DNA of 64,000 nucleotides from a candidate division WOR-3 bacterium (GCA_016934635.1 JAFGSK010000017.1:4987-68986), one strand, 5' to 3'; numbered from the stretch's first letter, positions 18,387-28,840 are shown. Made by a program: numbers and translations. The notes: a model not told the origin generated them from the letters alone.

Positions 18387-20738
18387 ATGATCCAATGTAG
18401 TCTTCAGACCAAAGTTAGGGGCAAAATAAGGGGATTGAGAGTTTGTGTTGCAATTGCCCTAACAAGTAGTCTATTTACACTTCAGGCATATGCCCAAGTT
18501 TGGGAACCTTACAAGCAGGTTACCGACGACACGCACCTTAACTACCTGGCCAACAACAATGCATATGCTACCGCAGTAGATGGTTTCAACATACATGTGG
18601 TATGGTGGAATGATGACCAGGACTCAATCTGGTATTCTCGGAGCGAAGATAATGGAGAAACATGGACACAAGAAATACCGATTGGTGAAGGAACTCATCC
18701 TGCAATAGTTTCCGAAGGAAGCACCTTACGTGTCGTATGGACTGCTGAAGGCCCAACTCACGACATGGATATATTCTACAGCCATTCCACAAACAACGGA
18801 GGATCATGGGTATCACCAACGAATATCTCCGAAACATCATCTGATTCGTATAATCCATCTATTGCTTGTTTGGGCAATAGCGTTCATGTCGTATGGAATG
18901 AAGCAGGAACTGATATACTTCACAATAGATCAACAAACAATGGCTTAACATGGGGGGACTCGAAGAATATCGCAACTGGTTTGGTAGGAAATCCTGCAAT
19001 TTCAATCTTAGGTACTGCATCTCTCCTCGTCCATGTATTTATCGTCTGGGAAGACAGCTTAAGTGGCACTGCTCAAATAAATCACAGACATTCCTCTAAT
19101 AACGGTACCGATTGGGGTACGGTTAACAAAGTAAACTCTGGAAGTGCCGACGCCTACTCCCCTTCGATTGCCTCTACAACGCAAGGGGTGCAAGTAGCCT
19201 GGATCGATAATCGTGACGGCAATCCTTCTATTTTCCACAATTTCTCTTTGAACCAGGGAGCTACATGGAATCCGGTCGATACGAGGATCGTTGACTTGGG
19301 TGTTATCGATTCAGCCTACCAGCCGTCAGTATCCGCTCATGAAAGTGATGTTCATGTGACCTGGATTGATACTCGTAATCCCTTTACCGCAATATACTAC
19401 GATCATTCTGAGGACAATGGTTTCACCTGGATGGAAGACAAACCTGTAACTGACAGCCTAAGAAATCCACACAATCCCTCGATCGCCTCTTATGACTCTG
19501 ATATCCACACGGTATGGTATGATGATTCCGCAACCTATCAGAATATCTTCTACGCACACGCAGGAGAGGTTCAACCAGACAACCTTATCAGAAACAGATT
19601 CGATGTTGGTTATATCGGCGATGATGTTTACAATCGGGATGGAACCGGCCAGACAAGTCAACAGCTTGTTGACGGAGGTGATACGGCCGTCTATTATATC
19701 ATGATTCAGAACGACGGCGATATCCCAGACGAAATCATCGTTACAGGGGATAGTTCGGTTTCTGGTTGGAAAGTAGCCTACTATAATTCCTTAACCGGTG
19801 GAACCGATATTACTGATGAAGTAACGGAAAGTGGTTGGCTTACCGGCGAATTATCGGAGGATGATAATATAAGTATACGAGCAGAGATCATCCCTGATGA
19901 TACTGTGCCTTCAGGTTCATTCTTCAGCATTCTCATAATTTCTGCATCAAGCAACGATACGACATATGTAGACGCGGTTAGGGCAAATGCAGTCGTCTCC
20001 AACTATCAACCGGACAATCATATCAAGAACTCGTACGAGTCAGTCTATATCGGTGACAATATTTATAACGTTACCGGTGCAAACCAGACCGAAGAGCAGT
20101 CGATTGGTATAGGAGATACGGCAATCTATCATGTAATGATTCAAAATGACGGCCCTGACGAGGATTCATTCAAGGTCACAGCAACCCCTACTGGCACGGG
20201 ATGGGACGTAAAATACTACGACGGGATTCAAAGTGAATACGATATTACAGCTCAAGTAACGACGACTGGCTGGTTCAGTCCATTATTAGGGGTTTCTTCA
20301 ATCACACGGTTTCGAGTCGAAGTAACCCCTATCACTGCAGATTCCGGTGATTCACATGAAATCATGATAACCTCAACTTCAACCAAAGACACCTTCAAAC
20401 ACGACGTTGTTAAAGCAATAACAGTAATCGGATCAGGAGTAACGGAAGAACTATCCACAGGGGAATTTACACTGAACACGGAGACCTTCTCTGAATATTC
20501 CCGCTACCCTGTGATCTTTTATGAACTCCCTGAAGCAACCTGGACTGATATCGTTATATACGATGTAACCGGTACGGTAGTTAGGAACCTTGTCAATACC
20601 CGTAAAGATGCGGGAAGCTACCGCATAACCTGGGATGGACGTAACAATCAAGGATTAGAGCTGCCTTCAGGTCTCTACTTCTGTATGTTAAAAACCCCGA
20701 AACGCATCCTGGATGGGAAATTACTGTTATTCAAGTAG
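18387..20738 (+). CDS. Paralog of the preceding BNR/Asp-box repeat T9SS cargo protein (same architecture)
   Basis: Asp-boxes SEDNGETWT, STNNGGSWV, STNNGLTWG, SSNNGTDWG, SLNQGATWN, SEDNGFTWM; the same duplicated module; CTD ...SGLYFCMLKTPKRILDGKLLLFK; 5'UTR similar to that of 15838. Confidence 0.7.
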   Translation: MIQCSLQTKVRGKIRGLRVCVAIALTSSLFTLQAYAQVWEPYKQVTDDTHLNYLANNNAYATAVDGFNIHVVWWNDDQDSIWYSRSEDNGETWTQEIPIGEGTHPAIVSEGSTLRVVWTAEGPTHDMDIFYSHSTNNGGSWVSPTNISETSSDSYNPSIACLGNSVHVVWNEAGTDILHNRSTNNGLTWGDSKNIATGLVGNPAISILGTASLLVHVFIVWEDSLSGTAQINHRHSSNNGTDWGTVNKVNSGSADAYSPSIASTTQGVQVAWIDNRDGNPSIFHNFSLNQGATWNPVDTRIVDLGVIDSAYQPSVSAHESDVHVTWIDTRNPFTAIYYDHSEDNGFTWMEDKPVTDSLRNPHNPSIASYDSDIHTVWYDDSATYQNIFYAHAGEVQPDNLIRNRFDVGYIGDDVYNRDGTGQTSQQLVDGGDTAVYYIMIQNDGDIPDEIIVTGDSSVSGWKVAYYNSLTGGTDITDEVTESGWLTGELSEDDNISIRAEIIPDDTVPSGSFFSILIISASSNDTTYVDAVRANAVVSNYQPDNHIKNSYESVYIGDNIYNVTGANQTEEQSIGIGDTAIYHVMIQNDGPDEDSFKVTATPTGTGWDVKYYDGIQSEYDITAQVTTTGWFSPLLGVSSITRFRVEVTPITADSGDSHEIMITSTSTKDTFKHDVVKAITVIGSGVTEELSTGEFTLNTETFSEYSRYPVIFYELPEATWTDIVIYDVTGTVVRNLVNTRKDAGSYRITWDGRNNQGLELPSGLYFCMLKTPKRILDGKLLLFK

Positions 20739-20827
20739 AAGTAATAAGCCATCGGCTGTGAGGATACCCTGGGGTACTACAAAAAGAAACACAGGTAAGA
20801 TGGTGAACGGGCTTTACACAGCAATCC

Positions 20828-20869
20828 TTGACAACGTAGAGTTTTTGTTTACAATTAGGCGTGAACAAA
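20828..20869 (+). promoter_or_regulatory. lexA promoter (TTGACA-N16-TACAAT) overlapped by an imperfect palindrome TTTGTTTAC-N8-GTGAACAAA, a candidate LexA operator
   Basis: TTGACA 20828-20833, TACAAT 20850-20855; palindrome arms 20844-20852 and 20861-20869; AAGGAG RBS then TTG start at 20881. Confidence 0.4.
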
Positions 20870-20880
20870 AGGAGTAAGAA

Positions 20881-21441
20881 TTGAGACTACCTAACCCAAA
20901 GATGCGAATCTACGAGTTTGTGCGGGAGTTCATCACCGATCGTGGATATCCGCCCTCGATCCGTGAGATTGCAGCCGCCTTGGGATACAAAAGTACCAAG
21001 GCGGTAAAGGTTCACCTTGACGGTCTGGCCGAGCAAGGTCTTATAAAACGGAAAGAAGGTCATGCTCGTGCTATTCAGATAGAACCCTGGGGCCTGCCCG
21101 TGGTTGGTAGAGTACCAGCCGGAACACCGAACCTGGCAGTTGAAGACGTTGAAGAAATCTTTACTGCCGGTCGCTGGCGTCGCTCTTTCATGCTGCGTGT
21201 AAAAGGTGACTCCATGATCGATGCAGGCATCTTCGAAGGGGACATGGTCGTGGTTGATCCAAAACAGAAGTCTCGCCCTGGAGATATAGTAGTGGCAAGA
21301 CTTCAAGACGAAGCAACGGTAAAACGCCTGGTCATGCATCAGGATAGGCATGTTTTAAAACCAGAAAACAAGTCGTATGGATTGATTACCGACCCCTTCG
21401 AGGTCGTAGGCAAGGTTGTAGGAGTCATCCGAGAGTACTAA
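20881..21441 (+). CDS. lexA: LexA repressor (S24 peptidase, SOS regulator)
   Basis: N-terminal winged-helix (...IYEFVREFITDRGYPPSIREIAAALGYKS...); C-terminal ...VKGDSMIDAGIFEGDMVVVD... with the catalytic Ser (GDSM) and Lys; probable TTG start. Confidence 0.85.
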   Translation: MRLPNPKMRIYEFVREFITDRGYPPSIREIAAALGYKSTKAVKVHLDGLAEQGLIKRKEGHARAIQIEPWGLPVVGRVPAGTPNLAVEDVEEIFTAGRWRRSFMLRVKGDSMIDAGIFEGDMVVVDPKQKSRPGDIVVARLQDEATVKRLVMHQDRHVLKPENKSYGLITDPFEVVGKVVGVIREY

Positions 21442-21675
21442 GGCCTCTGTAGCCGACATAGGTGGGAACGGGATTGATGACTAACTTCCTGGTGTTAGGA
21501 TGTAAAGATGTTTAGCACTGGGATAGTACGTAGTCACAAACCGTGATAGTAATAATGGAAGTTGGCGGGAATTCATCCCTGCTGCATTTGACTCTCGTAC
21601 AAGGGGAGTATCCTGCGTGGTTGAGTTAATTCCAGGAACACTTGACATGCGTATCTTAATTCCTAAGATTGTAGA

Positions 21676-23055
21676 ATGATTGTTGAAGAGAAATCCACCG
21701 CCCCATTGGGCATACTTATACAGAACGGAACCTTCACCCCGTCCCAGATTGTTCGGGAATTGAACCGTTACATCATCGGACAGGATGCGGCCAAGCGCAC
21801 GGTTGCAATTGCCCTGCGCAACCGCTGGCGTCGCCAGAGGGTTAAGGGACCACTCAAGGATGAGATCTATCCCAACAATATCCTTATGATAGGTCCTACT
21901 GGAGTGGGTAAAACCGAGATCGCCAGACGATTGGCTCAACTCGCTGAGGCTCCCTTCGTTAAGATCGAGGCCTCGAAATTCACAGAGGTCGGTTATGTCG
22001 GCCGGGATGTGGAATCCATGATAAGGGACCTGGTGGAGATTGCAGTAAAGATGGTCCGTGAAGAGAAGGCCCTTAAGATGCAGGCCAACGCGGACGAACT
22101 TGCCAGACAGCGTATCGTGGACCTCTTGCTTCCTTCCATGCCTCCCCCTAAAGAAGGAGAGGTCGACACTCGTTCCGAAACTCGGGCCAAACTCAGAAGG
22201 ATGCTCGACGCCGGAAGGTTGGACGATCGATTGGTTGAAATTCAAACTTCGCAAGAACCTGCAGGGCTGTTTGATCTTTTCAGAATGAGCGGTATGGACG
22301 ACGTTAACATCGAGCTTCAGGAGATGCTTCAGAATGCCATGCCCCGCAAGCGCAAGAGCCACAAGGTTACCGTAAAGGAAGCCTTAAGGATACTGACCCA
22401 GGAGGAAGCCGCCAAACTGGTCGACATGGAAGAGGTTATATCCCAGGCAAAGGAACGCGCCGAGAACTCAGGGATCATATTCCTCGACGAGATCGATAAG
22501 ATTGCCTCGACCGAAGGCCCTCACCACGGCCCTGATGTCTCGAGGGAAGGTGTACAGCGAGACCTATTACCCGTTGTTGAAGGTTCAAACATCTCGACAA
22601 AGTACGGGCTTATCAAAACCGATCACATCCTCTTCATCGCCGCAGGGGCGTTCCATAAAGCCAAGCCTTCCGATCTAATCCCTGAGTTGCAGGGCCGCTT
22701 TCCCCTTCGAGTGGAACTCTCATCACTTACAGGAGAGGACTTCGAGCGAATCCTGGTTGAGCCGGAGACCGCACTCATCAAACAATACCAGGCCCTGATT
22801 GAAACCGAGAACGCCAAGCTGACCTTCACCAAGGACGCGATTGCAGCGATTGCCGAGGTTGCGGTCGAGGTCAACGACCGGGCCGAAAATATCGGCGCCC
22901 GCAGGCTGCACACGGTGATGACCACCCTGCTTGAAGACTACCTTTTTAATCTGCCCGAGGCCGGGACCCGCAGTATAAAGATCACCGGCAAGGACGTTCG
23001 CGAAAAGCTCGATTCGATCGTGGCCGACGAGGACCTGAGCCAGTACATACTGTAA
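21676..23055 (+). CDS. hslU: ATP-dependent protease ATPase subunit HslU
   Basis: ...[33 protein letters not shown]...[19 protein letters not shown]...[26 protein letters not shown]...; start may be internal (TTG ~21709); no hslV adjacent. Confidence 0.9.
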   Translation: MIVEEKSTAPLGILIQNGTFTPSQIVRELNRYIIGQDAAKRTVAIALRNRWRRQRVKGPLKDEIYPNNILMIGPTGVGKTEIARRLAQLAEAPFVKIEASKFTEVGYVGRDVESMIRDLVEIAVKMVREEKALKMQANADELARQRIVDLLLPSMPPPKEGEVDTRSETRAKLRRMLDAGRLDDRLVEIQTSQEPAGLFDLFRMSGMDDVNIELQEMLQNAMPRKRKSHKVTVKEALRILTQEEAAKLVDMEEVISQAKERAENSGIIFLDEIDKIASTEGPHHGPDVSREGVQRDLLPVVEGSNISTKYGLIKTDHILFIAAGAFHKAKPSDLIPELQGRFPLRVELSSLTGEDFERILVEPETALIKQYQALIETENAKLTFTKDAIAAIAEVAVEVNDRAENIGARRLHTVMTTLLEDYLFNLPEAGTRSIKITGKDVREKLDSIVADEDLSQYIL

Positions 23056-23135
23056 AAGGATCAACTGGCACTTAAAGGGAATAGTCTTTTTAGTGGATAC
23101 CTGATTTCAGTCAGTAGAAGAAAAACCAGCAAGCC

Positions 23136-23603
23136 TCAGAAGTAAAACCGCAGCCCTACCCCTCCGCCCACTCCCAGCTTGTTATCGGGAATGAAGTTAA
23201 GGAAAACGTCTACTTCACCGTAGACGCCCAGCCGACCTGAGACGTACTCCAGACCTACAGGCACCCGTCCGGCGAGATGCAATGAATCGGCTTCAGCGGA
23301 TGTGAAGTTGAGTATACCGAACGTCAATCCCATCCCTGAGTAAGGCGAAAGATCGACGGTGGGTAAATTCAAGGGAAAGTGAAGAAGGTATGCGAACTGC
23401 GCAGAAGGCCTTTCGGTAAAGACGTTCCAGCCTGCCTCGACATCCAATGCGGTATTGGGAGTCAACCAGTACTTGAAGGACAGGCCTGAGGGCTCACCTG
23501 CTTGGATACCTAATCCAACCCTCCCGTGGTCCGTGTATGCTCCATGCCCCACAGTGGTAAAAAACATCCACGTCAAAAGTATAATAGCTGACCGTTTAAT
23601 CAT
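23136..23603 (-). CDS. Small outer-membrane beta-barrel protein (OmpW/opacity-like)
   Basis: Signal peptide MIKRSAIILLTWMFFTTVGHGA; alternating amphipathic strands; C-terminal ...GVGLRFYF (terminal Phe). Confidence 0.55.
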   Translation of the reverse strand: MIKRSAIILLTWMFFTTVGHGAYTDHGRVGLGIQAGEPSGLSFKYWLTPNTALDVEAGWNVFTERPSAQFAYLLHFPLNLPTVDLSPYSGMGLTFGILNFTSAEADSLHLAGRVPVGLEYVSGRLGVYGEVDVFLNFIPDNKLGVGGGVGLRFYF

Positions 23604-23764
23604 ATCTCCTCGTTCACTTTTCCATAGGATAATTAAGACCGGGCGTTTGTCAACTTATTCGATTTATTATCTACCTCGCTTCTTGACACGCCAACCGTTT
23701 CCACTATAGTAATGTTCTAACCGGAAAGGTCGGAGAAAATTCCGCTAATCATATGGAGGATTAA

Positions 23765-25822
23765 GTGCCTGGTAAAAAAAAGAAACGCCTGATAACGGCA
23801 CAGGATCTTTACAACTTCGAGCTTATCTCGCATAACAGACTCTCGCCTTCGGGAAAGCACGTGGTCTTTGCCCGGATGAGGGTAGATAAAAAAACAGAGA
23901 AGAAATTTGCCAACCTTTGGATAGCGCCCACGGATAAAGGCAAGCCATTCCAGTTCACCCATGGCGATCAGGTGGATTCCTCGCCTGAATGGTCGCCTGA
24001 CGGTTCCCGGATCGCGTTCCTCTCGAACCGCGGTAATCCGGAGAAGCCGCCTCAATTATACGTTATTCCATTTGCCGGAGGTGAGTCGCGCAAGCTGACC
24101 GATCTGGGAGGAACCATAGGTTCTTTCCGTTTCTCGCCCGACGGCAAGAAACTCGTGTGTATGTTTCGGAAGAAGGATGCCGAGATGGAAGAGTTGGAGA
24201 AAAACCCTCAAAAGAAGAAACTGGGTATACGATCGTATCATATCAAAAGGGTTTTTTTCAAGGACAACGACGAGGGAATGCTGCCTAAAGAACGCTGGCA
24301 TATCTGGGTGGTAGACCCGGGTACGGGCAAGTCAAGCCAGCTTACTGAAGGCGACGAATACGATGAGTGGGGACCGGAATGGTCTCCTGATGGCAAGAGC
24401 ATCGCATTCTGCTCCAACCGTTCGGAAGATCCGGACTTCAACATAGAAGCCGTCGATATCTACACCATCCCGGCCAAGGGCGGTAAACTCACCAAGATCG
24501 AAACCCCCTATGGCGTCAAGGGCGCGGTATGCTTCTCGCATGACGGGCGCTGGATAGCCTACTTCGGAAGAGAAGGGAAAGGGCAATGGTGGAGGCAAAC
24601 CAGGCTTTGGGTGGTCCCAACCAAGGGTCAAGGGAATGCTAAGTGTCTGACTGCAGGACATGATTTCAACGTATCTGCCTGGGTTATCGGAGACCTGGCC
24701 GGGCACCAAGAGCAGACACCGCCCACCTGGTCACCTGATGGGAAAAAAATCTACTTCCAGGTAGCCCATCACGGCAAAACCATGCTCAAGGCATGCGACC
24801 TCGAAGGCAACACCAAGGACATGATAGACGAGAAAGGTGTGGTTGGCGGTTTTCAGTTTTCAGCTGATCACACGAAGCTTTCCTACCTTTATTCAGATTT
24901 AACCAATCCCGGCGACATCTGGGTACGGGATATGAAAACCTTTAAAGCGAAACGCATTACCCAGGTCAATGATAGACTCTTGAACATCCTCGATCTCGGC
25001 AAGATAGAGGAGGTTTGGTTCCAAGATGCGGACAAAACGATGAAGCTCCACGGCTGGGTGCTCACCCCCCCCGGATTCTCAGAAAAGCGCAAGTACCCGT
25101 CGATCCTCGAGATCCACGGCGGCCCGCGGGTGCCCTACGGCTACGCGTTCATGCACGAGTTCTACTTCCTGGCGGCCCAGGGATATGTAGTGTACTTCTC
25201 GAACCCACGCGGAGGTCAGGGCTACGGCGAGGAGCACGCAAAGGCCATATGGAACGACTGGGGAGGGGCAGATTACCGTGACCTGATGGCCTGGACCGAT
25301 TACGTGGCGCGCCAGCCTTACATCGATACCGAGAAGATGGGCGTGACCGGAGGTTCCTACGGCGGCTACATGACCAACTGGATAATAGGGCACACCACTA
25401 GATTCCAGGCAGCGGTGACCCAGCGATCGGTTTCCAATCTCATCTCGATGTGGGGTTCGTCTGACGGAAACTGGGTATTCGAGCAGGAATTCGGGGAGAA
25501 GCCGCCTTTCGAGGATGTCGAGAATTACTGGCGTCAGTCGCCCATGAAATACATAGGCAACGCCAAAACGCCAACGCTCGTGATTCATTCCGAGAACGAC
25601 CTGCGGTGCGACACCGAGCAGGGCGAGCAGGTATTCGTGGCCCTCAAGAAGCTGGGCGTGCCTGCGGAGATGGTTCGCTACCCGGGTGAAACCCACGAGC
25701 TTTCGCGCTTAGGCAGGACGGACAGACGCATCGACCGCCTGAATCACATCCTGCGCTGGTTCGACATCTACCTCAAAGGCAAGAAGGATACCGAGGAAAC
25801 GAAAAAGAAGAGAAAAAATTAG
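23765..25822 (+). CDS. S9 family serine peptidase (prolyl oligopeptidase/acylaminoacyl-peptidase type) with N-terminal beta-propeller
   Basis: Repeated WSPDG propeller motifs; catalytic ...GVTGGSYGGYMTNW... (GxSxGG) and downstream Asp/His region; GTG start. Confidence 0.85.
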   Translation: MPGKKKKRLITAQDLYNFELISHNRLSPSGKHVVFARMRVDKKTEKKFANLWIAPTDKGKPFQFTHGDQVDSSPEWSPDGSRIAFLSNRGNPEKPPQLYVIPFAGGESRKLTDLGGTIGSFRFSPDGKKLVCMFRKKDAEMEELEKNPQKKKLGIRSYHIKRVFFKDNDEGMLPKERWHIWVVDPGTGKSSQLTEGDEYDEWGPEWSPDGKSIAFCSNRSEDPDFNIEAVDIYTIPAKGGKLTKIETPYGVKGAVCFSHDGRWIAYFGREGKGQWWRQTRLWVVPTKGQGNAKCLTAGHDFNVSAWVIGDLAGHQEQTPPTWSPDGKKIYFQVAHHGKTMLKACDLEGNTKDMIDEKGVVGGFQFSADHTKLSYLYSDLTNPGDIWVRDMKTFKAKRITQVNDRLLNILDLGKIEEVWFQDADKTMKLHGWVLTPPGFSEKRKYPSILEIHGGPRVPYGYAFMHEFYFLAAQGYVVYFSNPRGGQGYGEEHAKAIWNDWGGADYRDLMAWTDYVARQPYIDTEKMGVTGGSYGGYMTNWIIGHTTRFQAAVTQRSVSNLISMWGSSDGNWVFEQEFGEKPPFEDVENYWRQSPMKYIGNAKTPTLVIHSENDLRCDTEQGEQVFVALKKLGVPAEMVRYPGETHELSRLGRTDRRIDRLNHILRWFDIYLKGKKDTEETKKKRKN

Positions 25823-25983
25823 ACAAGGGGGTTAGCCCTTCAGGCTCGCTAAAGCGTAAAGCCCCTTGTCAAAATATCTCTGCACGCTACTGCGCCACGG
25901 TCTAATACGAGAATTCTCGGCTTGACAACTCGTATTACTTGCGTATCTTTATTATAATGTAAACCAAAGTGTTGGAGGTTATA

Positions 25984-27402
25984 ATGAAACTCTTTGGGGC
26001 TTTCATCATCTGGGGACTGCTACTTGCCAGCTTCCCTGTTAGGGCCGGATGGGTAAAAAGCTACGATGGCGGGGAGAAAAGTGAGTTGGGTGTAGTAGTC
26101 CAGCATACAGCTGACGGGGGCTTTGCAACCATCGGCTTAAGCTTTGATCCCGTTTCAGTCGAAGGTAACATCTGGCTTTTACGGACCGATTCAGAAGGCA
26201 AAAAGCTGTGGGAAAAGAACCACGGCCCCGTTGCAGGGTGGAATCCCTGCGGACAACGAACATCTGACGGTGGATATATCCTCAGCGGCGCTGCAAGACC
26301 CCTCGAGGATGGAGCTTGCGACATCTGGCTCATAAAAACCGATTCTGAGGGCGATGAAGTATGGACCAAGACATACGGCGGGCCGATGAATGACGCCGCC
26401 GAATCCATCGAACAAACCGATGATGGTGGATACGTTATCGTGGGGTTCCGAGACGCCATCGAAATCGACGACCCAACTAATGCTGACATGTGGCTCCTGA
26501 AACTTGACCCTAACGGCGACACCCTATGGACAAAAACGTACGGCGTCGAGGAGGAACCTAACTACGGCAAGTTCGTATCTCAAACGTCTGACGGTAGATA
26601 TATAATAGCCTGTCAACTCAACACTCCGGAAGATTCAACGATCTCAATCTTGAAAACCGATGCTCTGGGTGACAGTGTCTGGACTTTCAAAACCTATCAA
26701 GCCGAGTTAAACTGTGTCCGGCAAACCTCAGACGAAGGTTACGTAGCCACAGGAATAAAAATCGATAATATAAACCTGCTCAAATTGGACAATGACGGAG
26801 AACTTCTTTGGGAGAAAAACTACGGCGATACTGATCAAAACGATGGAGCCTACTGCGTTCAAGAAGTCGAGAACGGTAATTTCGTCGTCACCGGCTTCTA
26901 CAACATGTATTTTTCACATTCGGGTATAAATTCACAAGGCTGGCTCTTAAAAATCGATCCAAATGGTGATACCATGTGGTCCAGGCTCTACGGTAGTGGA
27001 GGTACTTCCAGCGACGCTCACTGGATAGAGCAAACCTCGGACGGTGGTTATATCCTGACCGGTGGTACTCAATTCTCGGCCAAAGTGGGTTCAGACCTCG
27101 TTCTCATTAAAACCGACTCGGAAGGTAAAGTGGGGGTTGAAGAACCCGTACCCGCAACACACTCCAACGACTGGCAGCTCCTCTCCCCAATCGGCAACGA
27201 GATAGTGCTCAGGTTTGAGGGTAGAGCCGACGGGTTACATGCCGAGGTATTCGACGCGGCAGGTTGCAAGGTTAATGAGATACACTCAGCCGCTTCGAGC
27301 GTGACCTTGAGCTGGGGCAAAGAACAGAATCCCGGAGTCTACTTTATCAAGGAGATTTCTGGAACGGCCCTGCCTGCTCAAAAAGTAATACTCGTTAAAT
27401 AG
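25984..27402 (+). CDS. Secreted beta-propeller-repeat (SBBP-like) protein with T9SS C-terminal sorting domain
   Basis: Signal peptide MKLFGAFIIWGLLLASFPVRA; about 8 repeats of D.WL.KTD..GD..WTKTYGG....A.S..QT.DGGY...G; CTD ...GVYFIKEISGTALPAQKVILVK. Confidence 0.65.
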   Translation: MKLFGAFIIWGLLLASFPVRAGWVKSYDGGEKSELGVVVQHTADGGFATIGLSFDPVSVEGNIWLLRTDSEGKKLWEKNHGPVAGWNPCGQRTSDGGYILSGAARPLEDGACDIWLIKTDSEGDEVWTKTYGGPMNDAAESIEQTDDGGYVIVGFRDAIEIDDPTNADMWLLKLDPNGDTLWTKTYGVEEEPNYGKFVSQTSDGRYIIACQLNTPEDSTISILKTDALGDSVWTFKTYQAELNCVRQTSDEGYVATGIKIDNINLLKLDNDGELLWEKNYGDTDQNDGAYCVQEVENGNFVVTGFYNMYFSHSGINSQGWLLKIDPNGDTMWSRLYGSGGTSSDAHWIEQTSDGGYILTGGTQFSAKVGSDLVLIKTDSEGKVGVEEPVPATHSNDWQLLSPIGNEIVLRFEGRADGLHAEVFDAAGCKVNEIHSAASSVTLSWGKEQNPGVYFIKEISGTALPAQKVILVK

Positions 27403-27433
27403 AAAAAAAGGATAAAATAAAAGGAGGCATCCC

Positions 27434-28840
27434 GTGAAAAAAGTGCCCTTTGCATTCCTCGCAACAATTGCAGTTGCAATACACCTCCACGCCGGCTGGA
27501 TAAAATCCTACGGCGGGGAGTTGAATGAAAACGGCCAGGTAATCCAGGAAACAACCGATGGAGGCTACATTGTGTTCGGAAACATCGTTTCGCCAGCAGG
27601 CTCAAGCTACATTTGGCTCCTAAAAACAGATTCAAATGGCGATACCCTTTGGACAAGGGCCTATGCCGGACCCGCACCTGCCTACTGTTATTCGGGTCAG
27701 CAAACCTCTGACGGAGGTTATATAATTGCAGGAGCTACAGAGTCTTTAGGAGATAACCACCTGGATATTTGGCTAATAAAAACGAATCCTGCAGGCGACA
27801 CCCAATGGACTAAAACCTATGGAGGGATTGGTTACGACGAGGCCTATTCCATTCAGCAAACCGAAGACGAAGGATACATAATAACCGGTACACACGACGG
27901 CCTTACTGATCCCTGGTCCGGGGATATGTGGCTCCTCAAGACAGATTCGGTTGGTGACACCTTGTGGACAAAAACATGGGCTGCTGAAAACCCAACCATG
28001 ACCGACGTAGGAAACTGCGTACGCCAAACCACGGATGGAGGTTACATTCTCTCTTGCTATACCGATTTCTCAGGTGTTACTTACAACGGCATCGTCGTAA
28101 TGAAAACCGATGACAAAGGCGATACCCTATGGACCTACCGTGATACGATCTGGTTCATGCCTTGTGTAGCGCAGACAACGGATGGCAACTTCGTCGCAAC
28201 AGGCTATAACAATGAAGACATGTTTCTCGTAAAACTTGATTCGGAAGGCGGTCTCTTGTGGAAAAAGGTCTTCGGTGATCCAAGAGAAGATTTCCGTGAT
28301 TTTGGATACTGTGTTCTAGAGATTTCAGACGGCGGCTACTTGGTAACGGGCAGTAATACCCCAGATCACAGAAATGCATGGCTTTTGAAAACCGATATTG
28401 ACGGTAACGCAATATGGAGTCGTATGTACGGCGAGGCCTCGCAATCAGATGGAGCCTATTGGGTTACTGAGAACTCTGACGGTGGCTTCATCCTAACAGG
28501 TTTTACTCAAACATGGGCTTCTGCAGGCTCAGACCTCCTCATCATAAAAACCGATTCAGAAGGTTGGGTGGCTGTTGAAGAATCCTCGCCAGTGTCGCGC
28601 CTCAATGATTTGGAAATCCTCTCCCCTATCGAACACGAGATAGTGCTCAGGTTTACCGATAGAGCCGAAGGGTTTAGCGCTGGGGTGTTCGACGCCTCGG
28701 GCCGCAAGGTTGACGAGATACGATCTGCAAGCAAGAGCGGAACCTTGAGTTGGGGCAAGGGTTTTGTGCCCGGTGTTTACTTTATTCGTGAGATATCTGA
28801 GAAGTCCCTGCCCGCTCAAAAGGTGATACTCGTTAAATAG
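27434..28840 (+). CDS. Secreted beta-propeller-repeat (SBBP-like) T9SS cargo protein, paralog of 25984..27402
   Basis: Same repeat motif (IWLLKTDSNGDTLWTRAY..., DIWLIKTNPAGDTQWTKTYGG...); CTD ...PGVYFIREISEKSLPAQKVILVK; GTG start with AAGGAGG RBS. Confidence 0.65.
   Translation: MKKVPFAFLATIAVAIHLHAGWIKSYGGELNENGQVIQETTDGGYIVFGNIVSPAGSSYIWLLKTDSNGDTLWTRAYAGPAPAYCYSGQQTSDGGYIIAGATESLGDNHLDIWLIKTNPAGDTQWTKTYGGIGYDEAYSIQQTEDEGYIITGTHDGLTDPWSGDMWLLKTDSVGDTLWTKTWAAENPTMTDVGNCVRQTTDGGYILSCYTDFSGVTYNGIVVMKTDDKGDTLWTYRDTIWFMPCVAQTTDGNFVATGYNNEDMFLVKLDSEGGLLWKKVFGDPREDFRDFGYCVLEISDGGYLVTGSNTPDHRNAWLLKTDIDGNAIWSRMYGEASQSDGAYWVTENSDGGFILTGFTQTWASAGSDLLIIKTDSEGWVAVEESSPVSRLNDLEILSPIEHEIVLRFTDRAEGFSAGVFDASGRKVDEIRSASKSGTLSWGKGFVPGVYFIREISEKSLPAQKVILVK

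Noticed and set aside
21481-22362. 293-aa ORF on the minus strand
   Set aside because: It lies entirely antisense within the hslU coding region, which carries clear HslU motifs. It has no motif of its own and is an antisense shadow ORF.
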